From an uncultured candidatus Porisulfidus sp. (GTDB lineage Bacteria > Pseudomonadota > Gammaproteobacteria > Poriferisulfidales > Poriferisulfidaceae): a DNA stretch of 64,000 bases. The stretch spans positions 128,001-192,000 of the forward strand of contig OZ241993.1 in NCBI GenBank assembly GCA_965204575.1, in the 5' to 3' direction. Both the position numbers and the translations under genes were made by a program. The first letter of the stretch is position 1. Every line of letters starts with the position of its first letter. Under the pieces are notes generated by a model. The model was not told where the DNA came from and did no database searches. It worked only from the letters and a program-made list of their open reading frames with translations. Of this stretch, positions 37,808 through 53,891 are shown in pieces.

Positions 37808-39092
37808 TTCCAACTGGTTTGACGCGGCCTGCCGCAGGATTCCCGGGGGCGTCAACTCTCCGGTTCGCGCTTTCGGGGCGGTTGGTGGGACCCCGGTATT
37901 CATGCAGCGCGGCGAAGGAGCCTATCTCCATGATGTGGAGGGGCGCTCCTATATCGACTATGTCGGCGCCTGGGGACCGATGGTTGTCGGACATGCCCAC
38001 CCTGCCGTGCTTGAAAGAATCAAAAGCACGGTGGATCAAGGCATCTGTTTCGGCACGCCGCATCCGCTGGAGACCGAGATGGCGGAAAAACTGTGCCAGC
38101 GGGTCCCATCGCTCGAAAAAGTGCGCCTGGTCAACTCCGGGACGGAAGCGGCCATGAGTGTCATCCGGCTTGCACGCGGCGTCACTGCCCGCGACCGGAT
38201 CATCAAGTTCGCGGGCTGCTACCACGGCCACGCCGACGCCCTGCTGGTACAGGCCGGTTCCGGGGCCTTGACCCATGGCGTCCCCTCCTCGCCCGGCGTT
38301 CCCGCGGGCACCGTCGAACACACCGAGATCGCGCAGTACAACGATGCCGAGGAGGTACGGACAATCTTCGCCGACTGCGGCGATCAGATCGCCGCGGTCA
38401 TCGTCGAACCCATCGCCGGGAATATGGGTTGCGTACTGCCGGAACCGGGCTTTCTCGAAACCTTGCGCGATTGTTGCGACCGCTACGGCAGCCTGCTGAT
38501 TTTCGACGAGGTCATGACCGGGTTCCGGGTCGGACCCGGCGGCGCACAGCAGCGCCTCGACATCCGGACTGACCTGACCGTGCTGGGCAAAGTCATCGGT
38601 GGCGGCCTACCAGTCGGGGCTTTCGGGGGCCGTGCTGAACTGATGGATCAACTGGCTCCGCTCGGACCGGTGTACCAAGCCGGAACCCTGTCCGGAAATC
38701 CAGTCACCATGGCGGCAGGCCTGGCGACACTGGAACTGACAGAGCAAGAAGGCTTCTACGAAGCACTCGGCGATTGCGCGGCACATCTGGTGCAGGGTCT
38801 GCGCGAACAGGCGAGCACATGCGGAATTCCGTTCGAGGCGGTCGAAGCGACTGGCATGTTCGGCATTTTCTTCACGTCCGGCGGACCGGTCCGATGCTAT
38901 GCCGACGTCCAATCCTGCCAGGCCGAAAACTATCGACGCTTTTTCCACCACATGCTGAAACAGGGCATCTATCTCGCGCCTTCCAGTTACGAGGCAGGAT
39001 TTCTGTCCAGCGCGCATACCCAAGGGGACATCGACCGAACCATAGAGGCCGCCGGAGTCGCATTCGACGCCATGCGCCGGGAAGACCCCTGA
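37800..39092 (+). CDS. hemL: Glutamate-1-semialdehyde 2,1-aminomutase
   Basis: [43 protein letters not shown]. Confidence 0.97.
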   Translation: MADSNWFDAACRRIPGGVNSPVRAFGAVGGTPVFMQRGEGAYLHDVEGRSYIDYVGAWGPMVVGHAHPAVLERIKSTVDQGICFGTPHPLETEMAEKLCQRVPSLEKVRLVNSGTEAAMSVIRLARGVTARDRIIKFAGCYHGHADALLVQAGSGALTHGVPSSPGVPAGTVEHTEIAQYNDAEEVRTIFADCGDQIAAVIVEPIAGNMGCVLPEPGFLETLRDCCDRYGSLLIFDEVMTGFRVGPGGAQQRLDIRTDLTVLGKVIGGGLPVGAFGGRAELMDQLAPLGPVYQAGTLSGNPVTMAAGLATLELTEQEGFYEALGDCAAHLVQGLREQASTCGIPFEAVEATGMFGIFFTSGGPVRCYADVQSCQAENYRRFFHHMLKQGIYLAPSSYEAGFLSSAHTQGDIDRTIEAAGVAFDAMRREDP

Positions 39093-39131
39093 AAACGCAG
39101 GAATTCCGGCCGGCCGACGATAACTGCGTAT

Positions 39132-39162
39132 TGAATACTAACTTAATATATGTTAGTATTCA
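39132..39162. promoter_or_regulatory. 11-bp inverted repeat operator candidate
   Basis: TGAATACTAAC-ttaatatat-GTTAGTATTCA 5 nt upstream of ATG 39168. Confidence 0.65.
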
Positions 39163-39167
39163 TAACT

Positions 39168-40163
39168 ATGTTCAAATCACAGTTGGAGCAATATGCGCAC
39201 CTCAAGGACTACCTTGAGGCAGCTCTCCACATCCATGTCGAACTCCGGGATTGGCAAAACGCGAAGGACCTTCCGCTGTTCCTCTCCAAAAATTTTTGTT
39301 GCCGAACAGGCCGTGTCTTTGGACAGGACATCCTCTTCGCTTTCGCCGACCCGAGCGGCAAACACACTCCGCTTGAGTTCGCCGAACAGTCCCGGAGTAT
39401 CGCCGAGCGCTACGGCGGTGTCGTCGTCCTCGTCCTGGACAGACTCTCCTCGCACAATCGTTCACGCCTGATTCATCGTGCCGTGCCTTTCGTCGTCCCG
39501 GGCAACCAGCTTTACATGCCGAATCTGGCGCTGGACCTGCGGGAAAATTTCCGTTCGCGCCTGCCTGCGCCTGTGAAACACCTTACCCCTTCCGCCCAAA
39601 CCGTCATCTTCTACTGCCTTCTCGACCCGAATTTTGAAAAAGCGACCCCTACGGACCTCGCGAAAGTGCTCGGATATTCCACCATGAGCATCGGGCGAGC
39701 TTTCGAGCAACTTTGGTCTTTAGGCGTCGCTGAGTTGAAACCGCGCGGGCGGAAGAAGTTTCTATCCCTCGGCATGAGCCGGCGCGAAACCCTGAAACGC
39801 ATCGAACCGGTCATGCGGCCACCCGTGAGAAAATCCCACTTCGTTCAGGGAAAACCGCCGGAAGATTCCTTGCTGGCTGGCGGAGAAACCGCACTTTCGG
39901 CCCTGACTTCGCTCGCTCCGCCGCGCCTAAGATGCTTCGCGGCCAGCGATGCCGAATGGAAGACCTTGTCTCGAACCTGCGGCGAGATCGTCGATGAGAA
40001 AATCGAAGCCGACTTCCAAATCGACGTCTGGAGTTACGACCCGAAACGATTGTCCCAGGGAACCCTTGTGGATCCGCTGTCGCTCCGTGCGCAATTCCTC
40101 AACCATCCGGACGAGCGCGTGACCCGGTCGACGGAAGACTTGTTGGAACAACTGACATGGTAG
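39168..40163 (+). CDS. Winged-HTH protein, putative AbiEi-like (type IV TA) antitoxin/regulator
   Basis: RSRLIHRAVPFVVPGNQLYMP, central HTH (TPTDLAKVLGYSTMSIGRA), AGGETALS, VDPLSL, DERV. Confidence 0.6.
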   Translation: MFKSQLEQYAHLKDYLEAALHIHVELRDWQNAKDLPLFLSKNFCCRTGRVFGQDILFAFADPSGKHTPLEFAEQSRSIAERYGGVVVLVLDRLSSHNRSRLIHRAVPFVVPGNQLYMPNLALDLRENFRSRLPAPVKHLTPSAQTVIFYCLLDPNFEKATPTDLAKVLGYSTMSIGRAFEQLWSLGVAELKPRGRKKFLSLGMSRRETLKRIEPVMRPPVRKSHFVQGKPPEDSLLAGGETALSALTSLAPPRLRCFAASDAEWKTLSRTCGEIVDEKIEADFQIDVWSYDPKRLSQGTLVDPLSLRAQFLNHPDERVTRSTEDLLEQLTW

Positions 40164-40563
40164 CCGGGCTGGACCGGTTCCGGAAACATTTTTCCGGGCA
40201 TGAAGACCACTACGCCCTGATCGGCGGTGCCGCATCGTTGAAGGAATTCACGTGCTTGACGAACGGCTCCTGATCCCATTCAAGGCGAGGGCATTTCTGG
40301 ATTTGTCCCGGCAACATCGAGAGGGAGATGCGCATGTCAAAAAGAGCGATATCCGGAAACACCGAAACGACGTTTTCCGCCTGCTCCAACTTCTGCCCGC
40401 CGGAACACGAGTGGATATCTCTGATCCCATGTGCCAAGACATCATGGCATATATCGACGCAGTTCGTTCGACAGAGGGTTTTGACCCTCGTGCCTTCCAA
40501 GTGGACATTGGGAAAACAGAAGGGTTGGACCTGCTTGCCCGGATTTACGACATCACATCTTGA
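40157..40563 (+). pseudogene. Internally deleted nucleotidyltransferase (AbiEii-like) partner gene
   Basis: MVAGLDRFRKHFSGHEDHYALIGGAA joined out of frame at ~40232-40237 to IVEGIHVLDERLLIPFKARAFLDL...IRKHRNDVFRL; central DxD region absent. Confidence 0.7.
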
Positions 40564-40658
40564 ATTTTTTGGGACTTTCGCTCGCCGGGCGTCCTTCCGG
40601 CCTCGCGGCAACGCCAGCCCCGCGACGCATTCGGCTGCGTGTCAACGCGCCACGGCTG

Positions 40659-42473
40659 CTAGCGATGCTGCCCCGCGTACAACTTGGAGTACAGGCCGTC
40701 CTGATCCATCAGCTGCTGCGGGCCGCCTTGCTCGATGATCTTCCCGTCCTCCATCACGTAAACATGGTCGGCATGCCGCACGGCGCTTAATCGGTGCGCC
40801 ACGATCAGCGTCGTGCGTCCTTCGAAGCGGGCAAACAGCTCACGATGCAGACGGTCTTCAATCTGGGTATCCAGCATGGATGTGGCCTCGTCCAGGATCA
40901 GGATCTCCGGATCCATCAGCACGGTCCGGGCAATCGAGAGGCGTTGCCTCTGGCCTCCCGAAAGCCGAACCCCGTCCACTCCGAGCTGGGTCTCCAGTTT
41001 CTGCGGCAAGGCCTGCGCCCATTCCCCAAGCTGGGAAACCCGCAGGGCTTCCCACAGCGCATCGTCGGACAGGGATTGCCCCAGCGTCAGGTTCGATCGA
41101 AGCGTATCGTTGAACAGGGTCGGGTGCTGGAGCACGATCGCGACATTTTCCCGCACCATCTCGAAGCCGACCTCCCGTACGGACCGCCCCCCGAACCGGA
41201 TCTCGCCCGAATCGGCCGGATACAGGCCGAGCAGGACCTGCATGAGGGTCGATTTCCCGGCTCCGCTGGCTCCCACGAACGCCACCCTCTCTCCCGCCGC
41301 CACCCGCAGGGTAATACCGTTCAATGTCGGCTGCTCGGGGGTGAAAGAAAAATGCACGTCTTCAAGTTCCAGGGACGTGGTGGGAACGGCGTCGAACGGG
41401 TCGTGAACATGAGGATATTGAGGCTCTTCCTGGAACTTCAGAATCCGGTTGACCCGGCTCAACGCGGCAGACGCCGCGTAGTAGGCGTACTGCACGCCGA
41501 GCAATTCCTGCACGGGTGCGATCATGAACCACAGGTAGCCGAACACCGCCATCATCTCCCCGATGCTGAGATCGGAAAACACCACCATCAGCATGCTGAC
41601 CGCACGGAAGATATCGAAACCGAGCAGGAACACGGTGCCCGAGGCCCGATTCGCCATCTCGCTCTTCCAGAAGTAGGCCGTGGACCAGTCGCGGACGCCC
41701 CGCGCCTCATCCATCACGCGAAGAATGTAATGGCGTTCCCGGTTGTGTGCCCGGATCTGGTGGATTCCATCCAAAGTTTCGGTCAGGGACTGCTGGAAGT
41801 GTTCAATTGCAGAATTCTCTCGTTTTTTCAACTCCTTGACTCGCCGCCCCAGTACAATCGTGAAATAGATCACCAACGGGTTCATGCACAGAATGAACAG
41901 TGCCAGGCCCCAGTGCAGCCACAGCAGTACGGCCGCCGTCCCCACGATGGTGAGGCCGGCCACCACGAACTTGCCCACGGTGATGGCCACGAAGTCGTCG
42001 ATGGTCTGCAGGTCCGTGACCAAGTGGGCCGAGACCGTGCCGCTGCCCAGGGTTTCGTATTCGGACAGGCTGGTCCGCTCAAGCCGTTGCAGCAACTGGC
42101 AACGCAACCGGTACACCATGTCCTTGGAGATGGTCGCCAGTTCCCGCACCTGGAACGCATGCAACAGGATCGATGTGAGCCGCAGAAAGATTGCCACGAG
42201 CAGGATCACGCCGACGTACAGGATCGGGCCGTGCCATGACTCGGGCGACCACGCCTGGATCAAGGGGACCAGGAATGCCGGCTGCTCCAGCAGAACCTCG
42301 TCCACCAGTAAGGGCATAAGCAACGGCAGCGGGACACTTGCGGCCGTCGCGGCGATCGCCACCAAGTGCGCATCAATCAACTGCCGGCGATGGTGCCGGA
42401 TCAGGTAGACCAGATAGCGAAGGGTGTATTCCTTAGGTGGCTTGCCTTCGACAACCTGCGCCGTTGCGGTCAT
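40659..42473 (-). CDS. ABC transporter, fused permease/ATPase (exporter)
   Basis: TM domain, GASGAGKS, LSGGQRQR, ILDEAT, AHRLS. Confidence 0.93.
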   Translation of the reverse strand: MTATAQVVEGKPPKEYTLRYLVYLIRHHRRQLIDAHLVAIAATAASVPLPLLMPLLVDEVLLEQPAFLVPLIQAWSPESWHGPILYVGVILLVAIFLRLTSILLHAFQVRELATISKDMVYRLRCQLLQRLERTSLSEYETLGSGTVSAHLVTDLQTIDDFVAITVGKFVVAGLTIVGTAAVLLWLHWGLALFILCMNPLVIYFTIVLGRRVKELKKRENSAIEHFQQSLTETLDGIHQIRAHNRERHYILRVMDEARGVRDWSTAYFWKSEMANRASGTVFLLGFDIFRAVSMLMVVFSDLSIGEMMAVFGYLWFMIAPVQELLGVQYAYYAASAALSRVNRILKFQEEPQYPHVHDPFDAVPTTSLELEDVHFSFTPEQPTLNGITLRVAAGERVAFVGASGAGKSTLMQVLLGLYPADSGEIRFGGRSVREVGFEMVRENVAIVLQHPTLFNDTLRSNLTLGQSLSDDALWEALRVSQLGEWAQALPQKLETQLGVDGVRLSGGQRQRLSIARTVLMDPEILILDEATSMLDTQIEDRLHRELFARFEGRTTLIVAHRLSAVRHADHVYVMEDGKIIEQGGPQQLMDQDGLYSKLYAGQHR

Positions 42474-42835
42474 GAAGCGGAACGTTCTCTGATTTGATCG
42501 TGAATCGGTTTCATATCCAGTGCTTTCGCCTTCTGCACCAAGTCTTCCAGTTGGGCGATGGACAGCGCGCCCGGCTGCGCAAACAGTTGAATCTGCTCGC
42601 GGAACAGCATCAAGGTGGGAATCGAGCGAATCTGAAACGCCTGGGCCAATTCCGCCTGCTCTTCGGTATCGATCTTGCCAAAAACAATGTCCGGGTGATT
42701 CCCCGACACCGTTTCGAACACGGGCGCGAAACTCTTGCACGGCCCGCACCATTCGGCCCAGAAATCCACCACCACGATGTCGTTGTTGTCGACGGTATCG
42801 TTGAAATTCTCCTTGGTCAGTTCAATGACGCTCAT
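42470..42835 (-). CDS. Thioredoxin
   Basis: DFWAEWCGPC, IRSIPT. Confidence 0.95.
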   Translation of the reverse strand: MSVIELTKENFNDTVDNNDIVVVDFWAEWCGPCKSFAPVFETVSGNHPDIVFGKIDTEEQAELAQAFQIRSIPTLMLFREQIQLFAQPGALSIAQLEDLVQKAKALDMKPIHDQIRERSAS

Positions 42836-42861
42836 TTGAGTCTCCTATGCTCCAAGCGCCA

Positions 42862-44208
42862 TCACAGACGCGATTCCAGATGTTGACAAATGTCCGACCC
42901 TGCACGATTGCTCATGACCAGGACGACACCGCCGGATACGAGTTGCTCACGAATCTGCGCCTCCAGAGTGGCCAGATCGGTCGTGACGCTAACCTGCCCG
43001 TGAGCCTGCCCCCATTCCGCGGCATCCCACTGCATCTCCTGCGACACGTGCAACCAGTTCCGGTCCGCCTCCTGCAAGGCTTCGGCAAGGGAATCCCGGT
43101 GTACGCCCAGCCGCATACTGTTCGAGGCCGGCTCGACCACCGCAAGAATTGGCTGATCCGGATGTCGTTCTCTCACGGCTTCGATGCTCGCACGTATTTC
43201 GGTCGGATGATGGGCAAAATCATCATACAGGTAGACTCCCCCGTTGCGGGTAGGGCGCTGTGTCAGCCGACGCAGAACACCTTCGAAAGATGCCAGCGCA
43301 TCGGCTGCCGTCTGCACCGGGATGCCGGCATGTACCGCCGCCGCCACGGCGGCCGTGGCATTCAATGCATTGTGCCTCCCCAAAGGTTGATGACCTCGCG
43401 CCACGTAGGTCGCTCCGTCATACTGGACCGCCAACTCCTGCCCGGGTTGCCACTGGCAGCCCCAGTCACTGTCTTCCTCGAAACCGAACGTCTCCACCGG
43501 AGTCCAGCATCCCATGTCCAAGACTTTCTGCAAGTTCGGGTCGCCTGCCCGACACAGGATGCGGCCTTCGCTCGGGACCGTGCGCAGCAGATGATGAAAC
43601 TGGCGCTGGATGGCCTCGAGGTCGTCAAAAATGTCCGCGTGGTCGTATTCCAGGTTGGTCAGGACCAGCGTCCGCGGACGGTAGTGGACAAATTTCGACC
43701 GCTTGTCGAAAAATGCCGTGTCGTATTCATCGGCCTCGATCACAAAATGCGGCGGTTGCCCGGCCTGGGCGCTCTTCTGCGTCCGTGCCGCCACCCCTCC
43801 GATCAGGTATCCCGGAGACCCGCCCGCTTCGATCAGGATGTGCGCCAGCATCGCGCTGGTCGTGGTCTTGCCGTGCGTGCCCGCGACCGCCAGCACCCAG
43901 CGCTCACGCAGCAGGTGATCCCGAAGCCATTGGGGACCCGAGACGTACGGGATCGAACTGTTCAACAACTGCTCGACGATCGCATGGCCCCGGCTCATCA
44001 CGTTGCCCACGACCACGCAATCCGGAGGCGGTTCCAGGTGCGACCACTCGTAACCGACACGGCACTCCACCCCGGCCTGTTCCAGCTGGGTGCTCATGGG
44101 AGGATAAAGCGCCGCGTCGGATCCGGTGACCCGATGCCCACACTCGGAGGCGATCCGGGCAATACCGGCCATGAAGCTTCCGGCTACGCCCAAGATGTGG
44201 AGATGCAC
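42862..44208 (-). CDS. mpl: Murein peptide ligase Mpl
   Basis: HILGVAGSFMAG, GTHGKTTT, EADEYDTAFFDKRSKF, DDFAHHPT; GTG start. Confidence 0.95.
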   Translation of the reverse strand: MHLHILGVAGSFMAGIARIASECGHRVTGSDAALYPPMSTQLEQAGVECRVGYEWSHLEPPPDCVVVGNVMSRGHAIVEQLLNSSIPYVSGPQWLRDHLLRERWVLAVAGTHGKTTTSAMLAHILIEAGGSPGYLIGGVAARTQKSAQAGQPPHFVIEADEYDTAFFDKRSKFVHYRPRTLVLTNLEYDHADIFDDLEAIQRQFHHLLRTVPSEGRILCRAGDPNLQKVLDMGCWTPVETFGFEEDSDWGCQWQPGQELAVQYDGATYVARGHQPLGRHNALNATAAVAAAVHAGIPVQTAADALASFEGVLRRLTQRPTRNGGVYLYDDFAHHPTEIRASIEAVRERHPDQPILAVVEPASNSMRLGVHRDSLAEALQEADRNWLHVSQEMQWDAAEWGQAHGQVSVTTDLATLEAQIREQLVSGGVVLVMSNRAGSDICQHLESRL

Positions 44209-44227
44209 GCCGACTGGATTGCGCCGC

Positions 44228-44992
44228 CTATCTGGCGAACACCCACTCCGTTTCCGTCGACATCTCCGGAGAATACCGGTAACCCCCGTCGGTGAATCCG
44301 GTAATCGCATCCACCTTGGTCAGGCGGTTCTTGATGATGTGGCGGGTCATCATGCCCCGCGCCTTCTTGGCAAATAATCCGATAACTCGGTACTGGCGGC
44401 CTTTTCGCTCCTTGAACACCGGAGTGATGACCGGCACATCGAGCCCTTCCGGATGAACCGCCTTGAAATACTCCTGGGAAGCCAAGTTGACCAGCACCGG
44501 GCCCTTCTGGCCGGACAGTGCCTCGCAGAGACCCTCGGTGATCCGGTTGCCCCAGAATTGATACAGGTTGTCGCCGCGCGAAGTCCCCAGCCGGGTGCCC
44601 ATTTCCAGCCGATACGGCTGGATCAGATCAAGCGGACGCAGCAGGCCGTAAAGGCCGGACAGGATGCGCAAGTGCTTCTGCGCGAAATTCAGGTCGTGCC
44701 GGGTGAAGTCCCCCGCGCCCAATCCCGTGTAGACGTCTCCTTTGAACGTCAATGCGGCCGGACGGGCGTTGTCCGAGGTAAACGGGGTCTTCCATTGATG
44801 GTAGCGGTCGAAGTTCAGGTTGGCGATCTTCATGCTCACGCGCATCAGTTCCGCGATGTCGTCCGGCGACAACTCGCGAAGGCAGCGTATCAACTGGCGG
44901 GATTCCTTCAGGTAATCCGGTTGCGTGCAGATCGCGGCATCCGCGCACGCCTCGGAATCCAATGTCTTGGAGGGAGAAAGGACAACTAGCAT
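44228..44992 (-). CDS. yaaA: Peroxide stress protein YaaA
   Basis: LSPSKTLD, SGLYGLLRPLD, YRLEMG, NLASQEY, AKKARG. Confidence 0.95.
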   Translation of the reverse strand: MLVVLSPSKTLDSEACADAAICTQPDYLKESRQLIRCLRELSPDDIAELMRVSMKIANLNFDRYHQWKTPFTSDNARPAALTFKGDVYTGLGAGDFTRHDLNFAQKHLRILSGLYGLLRPLDLIQPYRLEMGTRLGTSRGDNLYQFWGNRITEGLCEALSGQKGPVLVNLASQEYFKAVHPEGLDVPVITPVFKERKGRQYRVIGLFAKKARGMMTRHIIKNRLTKVDAITGFTDGGYRYSPEMSTETEWVFAR

Positions 44993-45024
44993 GGTTGGGT
45001 GATGGGTAGTCCCGAAACCTAGGA

Positions 45025-49126
<4,102 letters not shown>

Positions 49127-49134
<8 letters not shown>

Positions 49135-52100
49135 GGCCGACCTCCGCCTGCTCGACCATTTCCATCGCCTGGGCCACGTTCACGGTGACCAGCCGGGATA
49201 CGCCGGGCTCGTTCATCGTCACTCCGATCAACTGGTCGACATGCTCCATGGTGATCTTGTTGTGCGTGACGATGATGAACTGAACCTGTTCGCCCATCTC
49301 GTTCAGAATCTGGCAGAAGCGCATCAGGTTGTCATCGGACAGGGGGGCGTCCACCTCGTCCAGGATGCAGAACGGCGCCGGGTTCAGCATGAACAGCGAC
49401 AGCACCAGCGCCACGGCGACCATCGCCTGCTCCCCGCCGGACAGCATGTGCATGTTGCGGTAGCGTTTCCCGGGAGGCCGCGCACGGACTTCGATGCCGG
49501 TGCTGAGGAGATTCTGCTCGGTCATCACCAGGTTGGCCTCGCCACCCTCACCGATGATGCGCGGGAACATCTGCTTCAGGTTTTCATTGACCTGGCTGAA
49601 CGTCCGGCGAAAACGCTCGCGTGTCTCACGATCAATTCTCTCCATGGCATGGTTCAGTTTTTCAAGTGCCGCCTGAATGTCGTTCATCCGCTCTTCTTCC
49701 TTGTTCTTCTGCTCCAGCAACTCATCGTATTCCCGCGCTGCCGCCATGTTGACCGGCGGCATTCTCTCCAGTCGGCGAAGAACCCGGGACGCCTTCTCTT
49801 CCCACTGGTCCGCATCGGCGTCCTCCGGCAGGGCCTGCAGAATCTGCTCGGGTTCGCATTCGTGCTCGCGCAGCAGGCTGAGCAACTGCTCGCAGGCGTT
49901 CTCAATTTCCTGCCGCTTCAAGTCCTTGTCGTGCAGGTCCTTCCCCAGTTCCGTATATCTTTGGTTGGACTCCCAGCGCTTGCGATCCAACTCGTTCGAC
50001 TCCGAGTTCAACTGGTCGGATGCGGCCCGTTCCCGGCGCAAGTGTTCTTCCGCTTCCCGCTCCTTTTCCCGCTTTTCCTTCAACCGCCGCTCCAGGTCTT
50101 CGTCTTCCTGAACCGCAGCCAGACCCTGCGACAGTTGATCCCGGCGTATGCGATGCCGCTGCAGCGTGTTCTGTTCCCGGGACCATTGCTGCTGCCGGGT
50201 CTCGATCCTCATCTGCGCCGTATTGACCTCTAATTGAAACCGGTTCAGTTCTTCGGACTGTCGCCGGACCGCCTCGTCGCTTTTGCGCAGGACTTCCTCC
50301 GCATCGGCATGGGCCACATTCGCGCGGACGCTGTCTTGATCCAAGTCCTCGATCTGCTGCTCGCATCGCTGCAGCCTGTTTTGGGATTGCCGGATATCCC
50401 GTTGCAGCTTTTCCAGCCGCTGAGCCTGGTTTTCGAGCCCCTGCAGTTGAGCCTTGCTGGCGGCGAACCCCTCGAATGCCTGATCGTATTCGGCCTGCAG
50501 GGCGGAACGACGCTCTTCCTGCTGCCTCAATTCCTGTTCCGCGGCCTGCTTGCATTGTCCCGTTTCCCCGGATTCGGATTCCAACTGCTTCAGTTTTTCT
50601 CCCAGCGCCTCGATTTCACGCCGCCGTTCCAGCGCCCCTTCCGCCTGGCCTTCCGCGGCCGGCAGACGGATCCAGCCCGGGCCCAGCCAAACCCCGCTCT
50701 GAGTGATGATCGACTGATGCGGCAGCAATGAATCACGCACGGCGCAAGCCTGCTCCAGAGTCTCCGCAGCCAGCACGCCGCCCAGCTGGGACTCCAGCGA
50801 GAACGGGCTCTTGACCCGGCTTGCCAGCGACATGCGGTCAGGCTCGCGCGCCCCGGACGACCGGCGATCCAGCAACATCAGCGGGCTGGTCCCCGGCACC
50901 CGCGTTTCGTCGACCGTCTCTGGCAGCCCTTCCACGCAAAACGCTTCCAGGTTTTCCGCCAACACGGTTTCCACTGCGAATTCCCAACCGCTTTCCACTT
51001 CGATGTGGTTCATCAAGCGTTCTCCCTGCAGGCGCATCTCCTGCAAGGCCTTCGCATGCGCTTCCGAATCACTCGTCAGGCCTGCTTGTTGCAGGGCTTC
51101 CAGCGAAGCCAGACGCCCCTGTGCCTGGGTCTTCTGCTCCTGCGCCGCCGCCAGTGCTTTCTCGTGCTGCTTCAGGTCCAGACGGGCCTGCTGAATCTGA
51201 TCCCAGTTCTGCTCCAGCTGCTCCTTGCACTGCTGCCAGGAAAGCCTCGCCGCATCGCATTTCTCTTTCAACGCGGTCCGCGGGTCTCCGCTTGCTTCCA
51301 CCGCTCCCCCCGTCTCCCGCAGATGCTGCAATTCGTTCTTGTATTGCTGTAATTGCGTCTGCTCCCGGGTTCGTTCTTCGCGGATGGAGCCGCCCTGCTC
51401 GCGGATCGTGTCGATTTTTTCCTGGCACTGCCGGAGAGCCTCGGCCTGCTCCGTTCTCAAGGTTTCCGTCTTTTCCTGTTCGGCCTGAATTCTGGCCAGT
51501 TCCTGGCTATTCTGGTCATGCTGCTGACCAAGGCGCTGCAAATCCTCCTGAACTTTCCCTCCGCTCTCCTCCAATTCCGCGATCTCCACATCCAGCCGCT
51601 CGATTTCCTGGATCGCCTGCCCTTTCCGTTCGCGTTGCAGGCGGATCCGCTGATCGATGGAGCCCGCATCCGCCAGGAGTTGCTGGTGGAGCGCCACCGC
51701 TTCATCCATTGACCGTCGGTTCAGATCGCATTCGCTGCGTTTCTTCTCGAAATCCTCGTTCAGGGTCTGAAGTTTGTTCCCTTCCTGAATACGTTTTTTC
51801 TCGACGCCTGCGTATTCCTTCTCCCGGTCTCCCAAGATCTTGCGCCGCTCCCGGAGTTGCAGGCTGACCCATTCGTTTTCACGTGCACGATGTTCTTTCT
51901 GCAGGGATTCAAGCTTGCTCGCCTGCCCTTTTTGCTGTTTCAGATGGCGCAAGCGTTGCTCGTGCTCTTGCAGTATGTCCTGCAATCGGTCGAGATTCTC
52001 TTCGGTGCGGCGTATCCGGTTCTCGGTGTCCCGGCGACGTTCCCGGTACAGGGAAATCCCGGCGGCTTCCTCGATGTATTTGCGCATCTCGTCAGGTTTC

Positions 52101-52567
52101 GCCTCGATCAGCCCCTGCACCATGCCCTGGGCGATGATGGCGTAATTGCCCCGGCCGAGTCCGGTGCCCTGGAACAGGTCGGAGACATCCTTGCGGCGGA
52201 CGTGAGTGCCGTTGATGTAGTAGCGGGACTGGTGCTCCGCTTCGCGGGAGACTTCGCGGCGGATCCTGATTTCGCTGAAATTCGCGTATTCGCCCCCGAT
52301 CCGCCCGAGGCTGTTGTCGATGACGACTTCGATCGAAGCCTGATCCAACCGCTTCCGGGCCTCCGAGCCGTCGAAGATGATGTCGTCGAGGGTTTCGCCG
52401 CGGATGTTGCGGGCGCTTTCGCCGAGAACCCAGCGGATGGCATCGATGATATTGGACTTGCCGCAACCGTTGGGACCGACCACGCCGGTCAGCGGCAGAT
52501 CGAAGATAACCCGGGTCGGCTCCACAAAAGACTTGAAGCCGGACATCTGGATGCTGGTCAAGCGCAT
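49127..52567 (-). CDS. smc: Chromosome segregation protein SMC
   Basis: GFKSF, GPNGCGKSN, coiled coils with hinge, LSGGE, LDEVDAPL. Confidence 0.97.
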
Positions 52568-52639
52568 GTCAGGTCGCCCTGTATTAGAATGGCGGCATCG
52601 TCAACCGGGGCAGAAAACTGACCTGAAAGCGGCTACTCC

Positions 52640-53038
52640 ATGACTGCCCAGCCATCCAAAACACTTGAGACGTTTGATAATCCTGAACCTGCACGGGATT
52701 ATACTATTCGCCTGGAAATTCCGGAGTTCACTTGCCTGTGTCCGTTGACCGGACAGCCTGATTTTGCGGCATTAACTCTCGAATATGTCCCGGACGCCCT
52801 GTGCGTCGAACTCAAGTCCCTCAAGCTGTATATCGGGTCCTTCCGGGACGAAGGGGCGTTCCATGAGGCCGTCAGCAACCAGATTCTCAATGATCTCGTG
52901 AAGCTTTTGGCTCCCCGCTTCATGCGGCTGACCGCAGCATTCCGGGTGCGGGGCGGCATCGCCACCACGGTTACGGTCGAACGCCGGAAAGAAGGCTGGG
53001 TCTCGCCCGAGTCCGTCGCCCTCCCCCCGGCGCGTTGA
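52640..53038 (+). CDS. queF: preQ1 synthase QueF
   Basis: [30 protein letters not shown]. Confidence 0.96.
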   Translation: MTAQPSKTLETFDNPEPARDYTIRLEIPEFTCLCPLTGQPDFAALTLEYVPDALCVELKSLKLYIGSFRDEGAFHEAVSNQILNDLVKLLAPRFMRLTAAFRVRGGIATTVTVERRKEGWVSPESVALPPAR

Positions 53039-53778
53039 AAGACTTCCTGATCGGCTTCGGGTATCCCTGGCGTGGACTGGGCGTCCTGTTCCAGCCGCGC
53101 CTGCGCGCGTTGGCGTGGTGGCCCATCATCATCAATGTCGTACTGTTCTCCGTTGGCTTTTATCTCCTGATCGTAGAAATCAACAATTGGATATCCGGTC
53201 TCTTGCCCGATTGGCTGGCATGGCTGGAGTGGCTGCTGTGGCCGCTGTTCATGCTGATCGCGCTGGCCGCCACGCTGTTCAGCTTCGCCCGTATTGCCAA
53301 TTTGATCGCCGTGCCGTTCAATGCCCGGCTCTGCCGGGCGCTGATGCGGATGCGACCGGACGATCCGCTGACGCAGGCCGCGGAAAAACAGACGTGGCGC
53401 AATGATTTGCGCCTGATCGGCCACGAGGTCCTGAAACTTGCCGTCTATCTCGCGTGGTTTCTCCCTTTGCTTGCCATGTCTTTCATCCCTTTTATCGGTT
53501 TCCTTGCCCAGATCGTGCTCCTGTACTACGGAATGTACTGGTGCGCCCTGGAGTACCTGGACTACCCGCTCAGCGAGGCAGGGACCCCGATGCGACAGAT
53601 CCGGACCCGGCTTCGCGAACAGAGGTTCCTGACCCTGGGGTTCGGGGCGGGCCAGCTTTTGCTGTCCCTGACCCCGGTGTTCAACCTGATGTCCGTCCCT
53701 GCCGGGGTCGTTGCCGCCACTCGGCTGTGTCAGGAAAAGCCGGTTGATTTTCCGCTTCCTGGCCGGAACCTCGAATGA
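53035..53778 (+). CDS. cysZ: CysZ/EI24 family membrane protein
   Basis: [31 protein letters not shown]; TTG start overlapping the queF stop. Confidence 0.75.
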   Translation: MKDFLIGFGYPWRGLGVLFQPRLRALAWWPIIINVVLFSVGFYLLIVEINNWISGLLPDWLAWLEWLLWPLFMLIALAATLFSFARIANLIAVPFNARLCRALMRMRPDDPLTQAAEKQTWRNDLRLIGHEVLKLAVYLAWFLPLLAMSFIPFIGFLAQIVLLYYGMYWCALEYLDYPLSEAGTPMRQIRTRLREQRFLTLGFGAGQLLLSLTPVFNLMSVPAGVVAATRLCQEKPVDFPLPGRNLE

Positions 53779-53891
53779 GAACCCCAAAACTATCGGCATT
53801 TGCTTTGCCAAAGTGACCCCGTCCGATCAGCGAGGCAGGTTGACGTGCTTCACCGCCGCAGGAATGGCCGCAACGTCTTGGTGTGGGGTTA

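Noticed and set aside
40794-44295. 481-aa and 482-aa plus-strand ORFs
   Set aside because: Mirror frames of the ABC transporter and mpl.
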